Shown here piece after piece: positions 18,197 to 27,047 of a stretch of DNA of 64,000 nt; positions within the stretch are counted from its first letter, which is position 1, and every line of letters begins with the position of its first letter. The translations under genes were made by a program, and so were the position numbers. Source of the DNA: an uncultured Actinomycetes bacterium (GTDB taxonomy: Bacteria; Actinomycetota; Thermoleophilia; Solirubrobacterales; Solirubrobacteraceae). The notes beneath the pieces were generated by a model. It did not search any database. It was not told where the DNA came from and saw only the letters and a program-made list of their open reading frames with translations. The DNA lies in contig CAWIXC010000004.1 of NCBI GenBank assembly GCA_963839905.1, forward strand, positions 12,005 through 76,004. The letters run 5' to 3'.

Positions 18197-18904
18197 TCAG
18201 GCGATCGCGCGCAGCTGTGCGGCGACGTCGCCGGTCAGCGGGCCGAAGTGGCCCGGCCAGCAGGTGCGCGGCCCCAGCGCGGCGAGCTTCTCGATCGACT
18301 GAGGGACGCGCTCCGTCGACCAGTTGAAGGCGGGATGCGGGATGCGCGGCTTTCCGGCGCGCGGCAGGGCGGGGTCGAAGAGCGCGAAGCAGTCGTTGCT
18401 CAGCGCGAGCCGGTCAAATGCCCGCCACAGGCCGATGCATCCGGGTCCGTGGCCGGGGAGGTGGATGACCTCGAAGTCGCCGACGCGGTCGCCCTCCTCA
18501 AGCGTCTTGGCGATGTGCAGCGCGCCGTCGTCGAACGAGCGCATGACTCGCTTGGTGAGGCCGCGGGCGAACCACGGCAGCGCGTCGAAGTCGAAGTAGT
18601 GCCAGCCGCCGTCGGACTCCATGTCGGCGCGCTCGTCGACGTGGCACTGCACGGGCGCCCCGATCGAGCGCGCGCCGCCGCGGTGGTCGGGGTGCGCGTT
18701 GCCGATGATCACCCGCGTCGCGCCGCCCAGCGCGTCGGCGGCCTGGCGGATCTTCGGGCCCAGCGGCTTTGAGGCGGCATCGAAGATCGCGACGCCGTCG
18801 TCCTCGCGGATCAGGAAGACGTTGATCTTCAGCGGCATGCCGAGCGTCAGCCGCCAGATCCCGTCGGCCACGGCGACCGGCGTGGCACGTGCACGAGTGG
18901 TCAT
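18197..18904 (-). CDS. MBL-fold metallo-hydrolase
   Basis: 235 aa. Metal motif GNAHPDHRGG (HxxDH variant), later HLPGHGPG, and the beta-lactamase-fold N-terminus NVFLIREDDGVAIFDA. Confidence 0.75.
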   Translation of the reverse strand: MTTRARATPVAVADGIWRLTLGMPLKINVFLIREDDGVAIFDAASKPLGPKIRQAADALGGATRVIIGNAHPDHRGGARSIGAPVQCHVDERADMESDGGWHYFDFDALPWFARGLTKRVMRSFDDGALHIAKTLEEGDRVGDFEVIHLPGHGPGCIGLWRAFDRLALSNDCFALFDPALPRAGKPRIPHPAFNWSTERVPQSIEKLAALGPRTCWPGHFGPLTGDVAAQLRAIA

Positions 18905-18984
18905 CGAGGGTGCTTATCAGGTCGGCGGCGCGCGCAGCGGGGAAATGGCGCCGTCCCGTCCCCGCGATCCTGCATCCTGTCGGG

Positions 18985-19929
18985 ATGCGCCGACGCGTCA
19001 TGCCGATCGCCGCGGTGCTCGTCGTGCTGGGCGCGCTCGCTTGCGCGGCGCCTGCGCAGGCGATCGTCGTGGGGATCGCCGACCAGCAGGCGGCCTCGTT
19101 CGCCGACGATCGCCTGACCGGGCTCCCGGTCGGCCATGCGCGGCTGTCGGTCGCCTGGGACGCGCTGGACTACGGCTGGCAGCGGCGCGAGATCGACCAC
19201 TGGATGCGGGCGACCGCCGCGGCGAAGATGGACGTCGTCGTGACGTTCGGGCGCAGCCGCACGCGCCGGTTCAGCCTGCCGCCGGTTGACGAGTACCGCC
19301 GCGCGGCGCGGGCGTTCATGCGCCGTTATTCGGACGTGCGCGAGTTCAGCCCGTGGAACGAGCCGAACCTCGCCGTGCACCCGCAGAACTCAAACCCGCG
19401 GCGGATCGCCGCGTACTACCGCGCCCTACGCTCGCTGTGTCGGGCGTGCAAGGTGCTCGGCGCCGACGTCGTCGACAACTCGCGGCTCGGGTCGTGGATG
19501 CGCGCCTACCTGGGGGTCTTCGAGCCGGGGCGGGCGCCCAAGCTCTGGGGACTGCACAACTACGTCGACGTCAACTCGACCTCGCGCTGGGGCACGCGCA
19601 CGATGCTGCGCCTCGCGCCGGGGGTCGTCTGGTTCACCGAGACGGGTGCGATCGTCAGCCGCGCCAAGCCGACGAAGACCGAGAACGGCGACCGACGGCT
19701 GCTGATCCGCACCGGGCCGCGCCGAGCCGTCGCGGCAACGAAGCGGGTCTTCGAGCTGGCGAAGATGAGCCCGCGGATCTCGCGCGTCTACATCTACCAC
19801 TGGCGCGCAGGCCGGACTTCGAGCTGGGACTCCGCGTTGGTCACGGCGAAGGGCACACTGCGCCCATCGTTCGACGTGTTCGCGCGGCAGGCGCGGCTCG
19901 CGCAGCGGCGGGCGGCTGGGTCGGGCTAG
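18985..19929 (+). CDS. Secreted clan GH-A-like glycoside hydrolase (TIM barrel)
   Basis: Signal peptide (MPIAAVLVVLGALACAAPAQA). FSPWNEPN (acid/base NEP motif) and WFTETG (nucleophile Glu context). Start ATG 18985 inside track ORF 18889..19929. Its stop codon coincides with the left island border. Confidence 0.6.
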   Translation: MRRRVMPIAAVLVVLGALACAAPAQAIVVGIADQQAASFADDRLTGLPVGHARLSVAWDALDYGWQRREIDHWMRATAAAKMDVVVTFGRSRTRRFSLPPVDEYRRAARAFMRRYSDVREFSPWNEPNLAVHPQNSNPRRIAAYYRALRSLCRACKVLGADVVDNSRLGSWMRAYLGVFEPGRAPKLWGLHNYVDVNSTSRWGTRTMLRLAPGVVWFTETGAIVSRAKPTKTENGDRRLLIRTGPRRAVAATKRVFELAKMSPRISRVYIYHWRAGRTSSWDSALVTAKGTLRPSFDVFARQARLAQRRAAGSG

Positions 19930-20033
19930 GCCCGGTCAACGGTCGGATCGAGCCGCGATAATTCCGCTAGCTGCTGGCCAGAAATCCCACAGGATGCTGC
20001 GCCGTCGCCTGGATGTTGCCTTGATAAAGGCGA

Positions 20034-20885
20034 TTACCAGGGGATATCGGGCGACGGCTTCCGAGAGGGCCCGGCTGCGGCGTGGGCCTCGATGTAGAAC
20101 GTGGCGACCGCGACGGCCGCTGACACGACGAGCCGCGCGGTGGCGACATCCAGTGCTGGTGCTTGGCTGCTCCCGTGACCGGTGCCGAAGCCCGCATTGC
20201 GCACCTCACCGGCGGTGTTGACGATCGTCGCGAGCGAGCCGAGCAGCTGGCGACGTTGTGCGGAGCCGGGGTCATCCCCACGGACACCGGCTGCGTCCAG
20301 CCCGAGCGTCAGGCTGGTCCGTTTGACGAGCTTCGGAATGTCCAGCTTCGTCTCAGGACCAGTGCCATGCAGGCCGAGTATGGCTTTGAGAACCGTTTCC
20401 AGCAGTTCCTTCGAGGAGCCAATGGCCTGCGCAGGGTCGTCGTGGAGCCCGCGTCGAATGCGAACGGCGTGTTCGACGACGTCGGGGACGCCTAGCTCTT
20501 TCGCTGCCGCCTGGAGGTCGTCCAGTACGGCTGCGTCCTCGCCGGCGTAGAGCTCGTCGTGTAGGGCTCGGTCGTGCTCTGCGAGCCATGCTTGTAGGCC
20601 GACGAAGTCTTCGACTTGGAGCAGGCTCGAGAAGCGTTGCTGCGCCGAGTGCGCGCCCGCCCGCGCGCCGCGGTCGCCCAGGACGTACGGGACCATCGCA
20701 AGGACGTGGCCGCTGTAGTCGGGATCGCCCCAGTCGAGGCTGCGCAGCAGTCGATCGTGATTCTTGATTCTGTCGTAGGTGTCCGTGATCAGACCAAGCT
20801 CAAGCCACTGACCCTGGCTGAAGGTCGCCTCGATGACCTTCGCCACGGCTCGGATGACGGCATTCGCCTTCGCCTCGGCGCGCAC
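20034..20885 (-). CDS. AbiJ-like abortive-infection protein with C-terminal Abi_C (HEPN) domain
   Basis: 283 aa with GTG start. C-terminal AIGSSKELLETVLKAILGLHG...IPKLVKRT...LLGSLATIVNTAGEVRNAGFGTGHG matches the Abi_C pattern (..K.LLE...K.IL ... RN....HG). Confidence 0.75.
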   Translation of the reverse strand: MRAEAKANAVIRAVAKVIEATFSQGQWLELGLITDTYDRIKNHDRLLRSLDWGDPDYSGHVLAMVPYVLGDRGARAGAHSAQQRFSSLLQVEDFVGLQAWLAEHDRALHDELYAGEDAAVLDDLQAAAKELGVPDVVEHAVRIRRGLHDDPAQAIGSSKELLETVLKAILGLHGTGPETKLDIPKLVKRTSLTLGLDAAGVRGDDPGSAQRRQLLGSLATIVNTAGEVRNAGFGTGHGSSQAPALDVATARLVVSAAVAVATFYIEAHAAAGPSRKPSPDIPW

Positions 20886-20897
20886 GGTCTCGGTCCC

Positions 20898-21971
20898 CTA
20901 TCCGGCGCGCCCGCGGTCGACGGCGAGCGCTGAGCGACCGCGGGCGCGGCAAGCGACGATCTCCTCCTGGCGCGTGTCGTCGGAGGCGAGGTAGATCGAC
21001 GTCGTCTTGACGGAGGCGTGCCCGAGGAACCGTCGGACGTCGGCGACATTGGCGCCGTGCTGCAGTAGCTGGGTCGCGCACGTGTGGCGCAGCGCGTGGG
21101 GGTGGCGCAGGTCGTCCGGGAGCTCAGCGAGCGCGCCAAGCGTCTTGAGGATCTCGGCGAGCACGGCCTGGCTGCAGCGTCCGCCGGCGCGCTGGTAGCT
21201 GCCGTCGCGGCCGCGGCGCCCAACCGTGATGAACAGGCGGTCGGTGTTCTCCGGGGCGCCGAGGGTGCGTGCGCGCTCGCGGTCCCAGCGCACGATCGCG
21301 CGGGTCGTGCGGGGGCTGAGCTTCACGACGCGTGCGCGGTCGCCTTTGCCGTGGCGGACGTCCAGGGCGCGTAGTTGCGCTCCTTCGCGGGCGGCCCGGA
21401 AGTCGCGGACCTCAAGGTGGCTGAGCTCTTCGCAGCGCAGGCCGGCGTCGCCGAGGACAAGCACGATCGCGTGGTCGCGTACGCCGCGCAGCACGTCGTC
21501 GGCGATCCGGGCCTTGGCTTCGCGCAGCAGCCGCTCGTACTGCGCCTCGTCCAGCGCCTTGGGTGTCTCGCGGTCGGCACGCTGCGCGCGCGGCAGACGA
21601 ACAGCGAGTGCTTCGCGGGCCTGCGCGGCGGGGACCTTGTCGTGCGCGGCGAGCCAGCGCAGGAAGCTGTTAAGCGCGGCGCGGTCCTTCTTGACGGTGG
21701 CGCTCGAGCGTCCGCCCGCAACCAGCCAGGCGTGGTAGCGCGCGACCGCGGCCGCGGTCAGATCCTCGGGCCCGGTCAGCGGGCCGAGCCAGCGCACGAA
21801 GCGCCGGCAGGCGCGCTCGTAGGTGCGCTGCGTCTGGACGCTCGCGACGTACGTCAGCGCGAACGCGTCGACGAGTTCGTCGGCCGGCGCGACGAGCTCG
21901 CCGCGCACCGTGGCCGGCAGCGGCTGGCGTCGGACGCGCACGACGAGTTCGTCGAGATCGGTCGGGCTCAC
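20898..21971 (-). CDS. Tyrosine-type site-specific recombinase/integrase
   Basis: 357 aa. SAM-like N-terminal domain (QRTYERACRRFVRWL). Catalytic region GLRCEELSHL ... HALRHTCATQLLQHGANVADVRRFLGHASVKTTSIYL (R..HxxR..Y). Confidence 0.9.
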   Translation of the reverse strand: MSPTDLDELVVRVRRQPLPATVRGELVAPADELVDAFALTYVASVQTQRTYERACRRFVRWLGPLTGPEDLTAAAVARYHAWLVAGGRSSATVKKDRAALNSFLRWLAAHDKVPAAQAREALAVRLPRAQRADRETPKALDEAQYERLLREAKARIADDVLRGVRDHAIVLVLGDAGLRCEELSHLEVRDFRAAREGAQLRALDVRHGKGDRARVVKLSPRTTRAIVRWDRERARTLGAPENTDRLFITVGRRGRDGSYQRAGGRCSQAVLAEILKTLGALAELPDDLRHPHALRHTCATQLLQHGANVADVRRFLGHASVKTTSIYLASDDTRQEEIVACRARGRSALAVDRGRAG

Positions 21972-22801
21972 GTCGCCGCCAAGTGCGCCGCCGCGTACGC
22001 CGGTGCGGCCGGCGTGACGACGGCTTGATCGAGGCGGCGGTGGACCATCGAGATCGTCGCGAGCATGTCCAGGGCGTCTTCCTCGGTGATCGCGAACTCG
22101 ACCCTGGGCTCGTGCGCGGTTGGGTTGCGAAACGCGCCGACGACGCCGCGCACGAAGTGCGCGTACCCGCTGTGCGCGCTGCGCTCCGATGGCGTTCGCA
22201 GCGCGTTGAATGCCAGCGGCGGCATGTTGGCGGCGAGCGTGAACGCCTCGTCGGCGAGCTTCGTGCCGTCGCTCGAAAGACCGGTCCGCTGGCGGATCTT
22301 CGCCGAGACGCTCTTGCTTGCCTCGAGCACGGCGTGGAAGTAGTTGCGCTGCACGAGCTCGGCGCGACAGAAGTGCAGGACGTCGGCGTGCACACCGCGC
22401 TCGCGCAGACGTGTCTTCAGTCGATCGGCTCGCGCTCGAGCGTCGTCGGCGGTTCGCGCGGTTGCGACCGGCACGAGGCGTCCGTCGGGCTTGAGCTCCA
22501 GCCCGGACAGCAAGAGGATCTCGTTGACGGCGGTGCGAAGCTCGCGGAAGTCGCCGGCGGCGAGCTCGCGGGCCGGGTCGAGCGCGAGTTTGACGAACCG
22601 CAGGACCGCGTTAGCGCTGCTGTCTCGGCGTTGGACGAGCTCGAAGGACTCGCGCAGCATGCGCCACTTCGTGCTCTGGCTGCCGATCGGCAGGTGCGCC
22701 TCCTCGAGGTCGCGCTGCAGCTCGCTGCCCGTGGGGCCGTCCAGCAGGTGCGCGAGTCGCGTGAGCTGCGCCGCGGACAAGGGATTGACGGACTTCGCCA
22801 T
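21968..22801 (-). CDS. TIGR02391 (Hypoth_Ymh) family HEPN protein
   Basis: 277 aa. NYFHAVLEASKSVSAKIRQRTGLSSDGTKLADEAF ... GAFRNPTAHEP ... EDALDMLATISMVHRRLD. Rx4H motif RNPTAH. Its stop overlaps the integrase start (ATGA at 21968-21971). Confidence 0.8.
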   Translation of the reverse strand: MAKSVNPLSAAQLTRLAHLLDGPTGSELQRDLEEAHLPIGSQSTKWRMLRESFELVQRRDSSANAVLRFVKLALDPARELAAGDFRELRTAVNEILLLSGLELKPDGRLVPVATARTADDARARADRLKTRLRERGVHADVLHFCRAELVQRNYFHAVLEASKSVSAKIRQRTGLSSDGTKLADEAFTLAANMPPLAFNALRTPSERSAHSGYAHFVRGVVGAFRNPTAHEPRVEFAITEEDALDMLATISMVHRRLDQAVVTPAAPAYAAAHLAAT

Positions 22802-23020
22802 GGGTCCAGCGTTTCAAATGCGTCGGATGTGACCGTGGGGAACCACCTTTCCCCCGGGTCACCCGCTCCTGGAGCACGGCCGTTGGCCAGCGCCAGCGGG
22901 CCACGGCGCGGGAAACGGACGTCGCAAACCGCGGTGTCTAGGGGCCCCGAGCGCCCTCCCAGAGCTACAGGCAGGGCGCTGGCCACCGACCGACCCCGAG
23001 GCCAGGCTACGCTCGCCGCA

Positions 23021-23140
23021 GTGCCCGACAACCCACCGTTCTACGTCGCCGCATACGCCGAGATCGTCGCCACCGCCACCCTCGGCTGGCCGGTCTACCT
23101 CGACACCCGGCGCCGAACAACCGACGTACGCATCCGATGA
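23021..23140 (+). CDS. Possible 39-codon hydrophobic leader ORF coupled to the OLD gene
   Basis: GTG 23021 ... TGA 23138-23140 overlaps ATG 23137 (ATGA). Translation VPDNPPFYVAAYAEIVATATLGWPVYLDTRRRTTDVRIR. Third codon positions are almost all G/C, which is coding-like in this genome. Start codon uncertain. Confidence 0.35.
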   Translation: MPDNPPFYVAAYAEIVATATLGWPVYLDTRRRTTDVRIR

Positions 23141-24909
23141 GGGACGGCGTCTTGCTCCGCGGATTCGGTTTTTCCGGCTTCCGCAGCTTCGAGGTCGGTG
23201 CGATTCAGCGCGTCGGGCCGATGGAGAAGGTGCACCTGCTGGCAGGCCCCAACAATTCGGGCAAGTCGAACGTCCTGCGCGTAGTAACCGGCGTACTACC
23301 GGTCTTCAAGGTCTCCCGCGAGCCAAAGTTCTCATCGCTCGATGCACCCCAGCAAGACGCGGATGTCGAAACCGAGGGTTTTCGCCTTGGCATTCTCCAC
23401 CGAGTTACGGATGAGCAGCTCGCCCAGCTTTCGCCCCATGCCACACCCGGCGCGATCCGGGCGCTCCCGAGCATCGGCGGCGAGGACGACAGTCTGTGGT
23501 TTGAGTTCGAGCAGCACCGCCGCGACTGGATCGAGAGCTCACGCCAGGTCGAGGAGATCATGGAGCTCGCGCGAGAACGTCCGGGGCGCCCCGCTCCCGC
23601 TGCGCAGGAGGCGAGACGCACCATTGCTGCCCTCGCCGGTCTAGGCGGTAGCCAAGTCATTCGTGGGAGCGTCGAGGCCCAGGCGCGCGAGGCACTGACC
23701 AAGCTTGTGAAGGCTCTGAACGTCGCCGGAGCCGTACCTGACGTCGAACACGTGGACGCGTTCAGGCAGATCCGGGCCGCCGATGACGACGCCAACGACC
23801 TCAACGGCGCGGGCCTAATCAGGCGGCTCGCGGAGCTGCAGCACCCGGAGCACGAAACCTACGCTGAGGGCGAGCGATTCCAAGCCATCACGCGGTTCGT
23901 TCAGAACCTTCTCGACGACGACGACGCTCGAATCGAGATCACGAGCAAGGCGGCAACGATCCTGATCCATCACGCCGGTCGCCGCCTCCCGCTCGAAAGC
24001 TACGGCACGGGACTGCACCAGGTAGTAATCCTGGCGGCCGCCGCAACGGTCGTCTCGGGCAAGCTGATCTGCGTCGAGGAGCCCGAGATCCACCTGCATC
24101 CGACGCTGCAGCGCAAGCTGCTTCGATACCTCGACGACGAGACAGACAACCAGTACCTCATCGCAACGCACTCGGCCCACCTACTTGACGCTGAGCGAGC
24201 CTCGATCACCTCGGTACGCCTGACCGAGCATGGCACCACACGCCTAGCGCGCGCCATCGCGCCCGCCGAGGTTGCACAGATCAGCAGCGAACTCGGCTAC
24301 CGCGCCTCCGATCTCGTCCAGTCGAACGCGATCATCTGGGTCGAAGGTCCGTCGGACCGCATCTACCTGCGCCACCTGCTCGAGATAGCCGACGGCGACC
24401 TTCGAGAAGGTGTGGACTACTCCGTGATGTTCTACGGCGGCAGCCTGCTCAGACATCTCTCGCCCCGAGACCCAGTGATCGACGAGTTCGTTTCGCTGCC
24501 CAGGATCAATCGCAACTTCGCCATCGTCATCGACTCAGACCGCGCAACGAAAGGCGCTCGCCTCGGTGGAACGAAGCGGCGCGTGCGATCGGATCTCGAG
24601 GCATCCGACGCGAACACCCATGTATGGATCACCGCCGGCTACACGATCGAGAACTACGTCCCATCCGCGGTCTTGGCTGCCGCTGTCGCACAGGTCTATC
24701 CGAACGCGCGCTTGACGTGGTCAGGCGACCAGTACACCAACCCGCTCGCCAAGGAACAGATCACCGGCCGCCGATCGGAGATTGGGAAGGCGCGAGTCGC
24801 CGAAGTCGTCGTCCGGACCTGGACCGGCGAATCTCCGCTCGCGATCGACCTCCGCCGGCAGGTGAAGGCGCTCGCGCAGCTCGTACGCCGAGCCAACGCG
24901 CTCGTGTAA
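23137..24909 (+). CDS. OLD-family ATP-dependent nuclease (ABC-type ATPase + TOPRIM), single-gene (class 1-like)
   Basis: 590 aa. Walker A GPNNSGKSN, Walker B LICVEEPEIHLHP, H-loop LIATHS. TOPRIM glutamate IIWVEGPSDRIYL and DxD VIDSDRA. Confidence 0.8.
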   Translation: MRDGVLLRGFGFSGFRSFEVGAIQRVGPMEKVHLLAGPNNSGKSNVLRVVTGVLPVFKVSREPKFSSLDAPQQDADVETEGFRLGILHRVTDEQLAQLSPHATPGAIRALPSIGGEDDSLWFEFEQHRRDWIESSRQVEEIMELARERPGRPAPAAQEARRTIAALAGLGGSQVIRGSVEAQAREALTKLVKALNVAGAVPDVEHVDAFRQIRAADDDANDLNGAGLIRRLAELQHPEHETYAEGERFQAITRFVQNLLDDDDARIEITSKAATILIHHAGRRLPLESYGTGLHQVVILAAAATVVSGKLICVEEPEIHLHPTLQRKLLRYLDDETDNQYLIATHSAHLLDAERASITSVRLTEHGTTRLARAIAPAEVAQISSELGYRASDLVQSNAIIWVEGPSDRIYLRHLLEIADGDLREGVDYSVMFYGGSLLRHLSPRDPVIDEFVSLPRINRNFAIVIDSDRATKGARLGGTKRRVRSDLEASDANTHVWITAGYTIENYVPSAVLAAAVAQVYPNARLTWSGDQYTNPLAKEQITGRRSEIGKARVAEVVVRTWTGESPLAIDLRRQVKALAQLVRRANALV

Positions 24910-24968
24910 GCCAGCGCCCTGGCAGCGCCGGCCGACCAGCGTGCTGATGCTGTGACAAGCCCCCACAA

Positions 24969-25002
24969 GTGGGTTGGGAGAGCTCCTTTCCCACCAACCC
25001 AC
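24969..25002. terminator. Candidate bidirectional hairpin between convergent genes
   Basis: GTGGGTTGGGAGAG-ctc-CTTTCCCACCAACCCAC. 9 bp outer stem plus an imperfect inner stem. Lies between the OLD stop (24909) and the stop of the 25216..26529(-) gene. No clear U-tract. Confidence 0.3.
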
Positions 25003-25215
25003 GGGTGCGTCAGGGCCAGGGATTGCCGATCGGCCACCTCTCCGGATCTGTGGAAATCGGGGCCTAGATCCAAGGGTTCGCATGATCTGGGGCGCTCTGA
25101 GGCTTTCCGCCGACATTTGCTCGCGCTCGCGCTGCGCAAACCGCTCTCTGCGCCCGGGGGAAGCCAATCGCGAGTGATGGCGACCCTCGACCGTCGGGCC
25201 GCGAGCGTCGGGTGC

Positions 25216-26529
25216 TCACCGTCCGCCAGAGGTCAAGATCTCGGCTTGACGACGCCGTGCGGCGGATACCAGGGCGGCGTTGAGCATGATTCTCAATGAG
25301 CGGAAGATCGCTTGCGCTGGCTCGTCCCGGCCTTTGACCAGCGACGGCGTGAACTGATCGCCGAACTGCTGAGCGAAGCCGCGACCACGGCCACGCGCTA
25401 GGAACTCCGCGTAAGCGACCGCGGTTGCCAAGTGGTTCCTCGAGTCGAGGTCAAGCCCAGCGACGCTGTAGGTCAATTCGCCGGCGACATCGGTGTCGTG
25501 GAAATCGTCGTGGGCACTCGTGATGTGCTGACGTCGGTAGAGCACGCCCTCTGACGCGCTCATCTGGTGCATCCAGTACGTCACGAGTGAGGGCCGTATT
25601 GGCGTGTCGAGATTGACTCCTGCGCCGAGGGCGGCCAGCTGCCTCAGAGTTGCGGGCGGAACCTGCTTCCACCGCTGGGGACCGTCCTTGAACGGTCCTC
25701 CGTTGCTCGCCGCTTCGGCAACGGCAACGGGGAAACCATGCTCGCTCGCTTGGCGCGCCGCGTCGATGCCGCCATAGAGCGTGGACGACCAGCCAGCACT
25801 GGTAGGCATTCCGGCGTGGAGGGCCGGCATCAGGAAGACGCGAGGGGCCGCAAGCAACGGGTCCCCGGGTGGCAACCCAAGTTCGCGCAGCAGCGACGCG
25901 TCGCCTTGCTCCGTGTACAGGGGGAGGATGCGCGTGACTACTTCGAGCCGGCGGAGCATCCCTTCGAGCTCCGACGACAGTGAGGGCCGGTCAAGCCCGA
26001 TTGCCTGGGGTGCGAGGAGCGCGGGGATGTCGACATCCCCGCCTGCCAGGGAAACGCCGAGGAGCTTCTGGCGTCGTTGGTGGCGTCGCTCGACGATGCC
26101 ATATCCGCGTGCGTCCCGCCCAACAGGGGATTCGATCTCGCAGACACGCCACACGGTGCGGGAGTAGTCACCCCGAAGCGCCAGCACGATCACGACCGCG
26201 AGCGCGCAGAGCTCGAGATCCGGCGCAAGCTCGGCGCGATACAGCCCAGCGCGGGAGATGTGAGCATCCTTCGCGAGTTGGCTAAGCGTGGCCACGTGCC
26301 GATTCTGCGGCGAGGCAGGAGAATCCCCCGGTGCGCGCTGGTCTGCGATGACTGAGGTGCCGAAGTGATGCATATCGGCTTGGACCAGGTTTGACACCTT
26401 GGCGGCAGCGCTGGGGCTCACGCCAAGCGCCTCGTAGATCACGGGCAGGGCTGCACTGAGCAACCGAGCCGCGTTGGCGTGATCCTCAGCCGTGAACACG
26501 ACTGGCCCTGGGACGTGCTGCTGCCTCAT
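25216..26529 (-). CDS. Hypothetical protein (437 aa), island-borne, no recognised domain
   Basis: The only long non-repetitive ORF here with a normal amino-acid composition. Overlapping frames are short. I recognise no motif. Confidence 0.6.
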   Translation of the reverse strand: MRQQHVPGPVVFTAEDHANAARLLSAALPVIYEALGVSPSAAAKVSNLVQADMHHFGTSVIADQRAPGDSPASPQNRHVATLSQLAKDAHISRAGLYRAELAPDLELCALAVVIVLALRGDYSRTVWRVCEIESPVGRDARGYGIVERRHQRRQKLLGVSLAGGDVDIPALLAPQAIGLDRPSLSSELEGMLRRLEVVTRILPLYTEQGDASLLRELGLPPGDPLLAAPRVFLMPALHAGMPTSAGWSSTLYGGIDAARQASEHGFPVAVAEAASNGGPFKDGPQRWKQVPPATLRQLAALGAGVNLDTPIRPSLVTYWMHQMSASEGVLYRRQHITSAHDDFHDTDVAGELTYSVAGLDLDSRNHLATAVAYAEFLARGRGRGFAQQFGDQFTPSLVKGRDEPAQAIFRSLRIMLNAALVSAARRRQAEILTSGGR

Positions 26530-26956
26530 CCTTGCGCCCCCGCGGGTCGTTGGACGCTAGTTGGAGGCAGCCAGCACGCCGCCCCGGCAAGCACAGGCAC
26601 GCAGAGAACGCGCTCGCTGCATCGCATCTTGCACCGATCTGCGACATATCGGCCCAGATCTGGGATACAGAGTACGTTCTGTCGCGAGAACTCGCCCCCG
26701 AAGAAGGGAATCCCGTTTTTCTTGGTTAGATGCACATCAGGAAAGAGGCCGCGGTCGTCTGGGTCCGTAAGACACCTGGAAGTCGCAGTCGCGAACAGAC
26801 GGCGGTCGGTGCGCTTGCAGGGCGCACCAACCGCAAATGGAAATGGCTTGGGGTGGTCCGTGGAAAAGCCCCCCCGGCCGTCCATCCTTTCGTCTGCTGT
26901 TCGCGCAAACGTACCTATGGTACGGGTTTTCGAGACCGACGTGATGGCCGATCCAC

Positions 26957-27044
26957 TCCGTGGCGAGACGTTGACCCCGCCCCGGTCTCGTAGGGTCGGT
27001 TCCGTGGCGAGACGTTGACCCGGCCCCGGTCTCGTAGGGTCGGC
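26957..27044 (+). repeat. 2 x 44-bp tandem direct repeat
   Basis: TCCGTGGCGAGACGTTGACCC[C/G]GCCCCGGTCTCGTAGGGTCGG[T/C] at 26957-27000 and 27001-27044, differing at two positions (one internal, one at the last base). Confidence 0.9.
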
Positions 27045-27047
27045 CCA

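Noticed and set aside
19930-20033. tRNA/tmRNA gene as the island integration target
   Set aside because: No cloverleaf-like sequence or GTTCGAnnC T-loop motif is seen at either island border. The left border coincides instead with the 3' end of a protein gene.
23137-24909. Calling the OLD-family gene GajA of a Gabija system
   Set aside because: Gabija requires an adjacent UvrD-like helicase (GajB). The neighbours are an unrelated convergent 437-aa ORF and a TIGR02391 gene, and there is no helicase motif anywhere nearby.
26975-27040. TTGACC ... TAGGGT hexamers inside each 44-bp unit as duplicated sigma-70 promoters
   Set aside because: The spacer between the hexamers is only 14 nt, outside the usual 16-18 nt range. 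This is kept only as a remark, not called as a feature.
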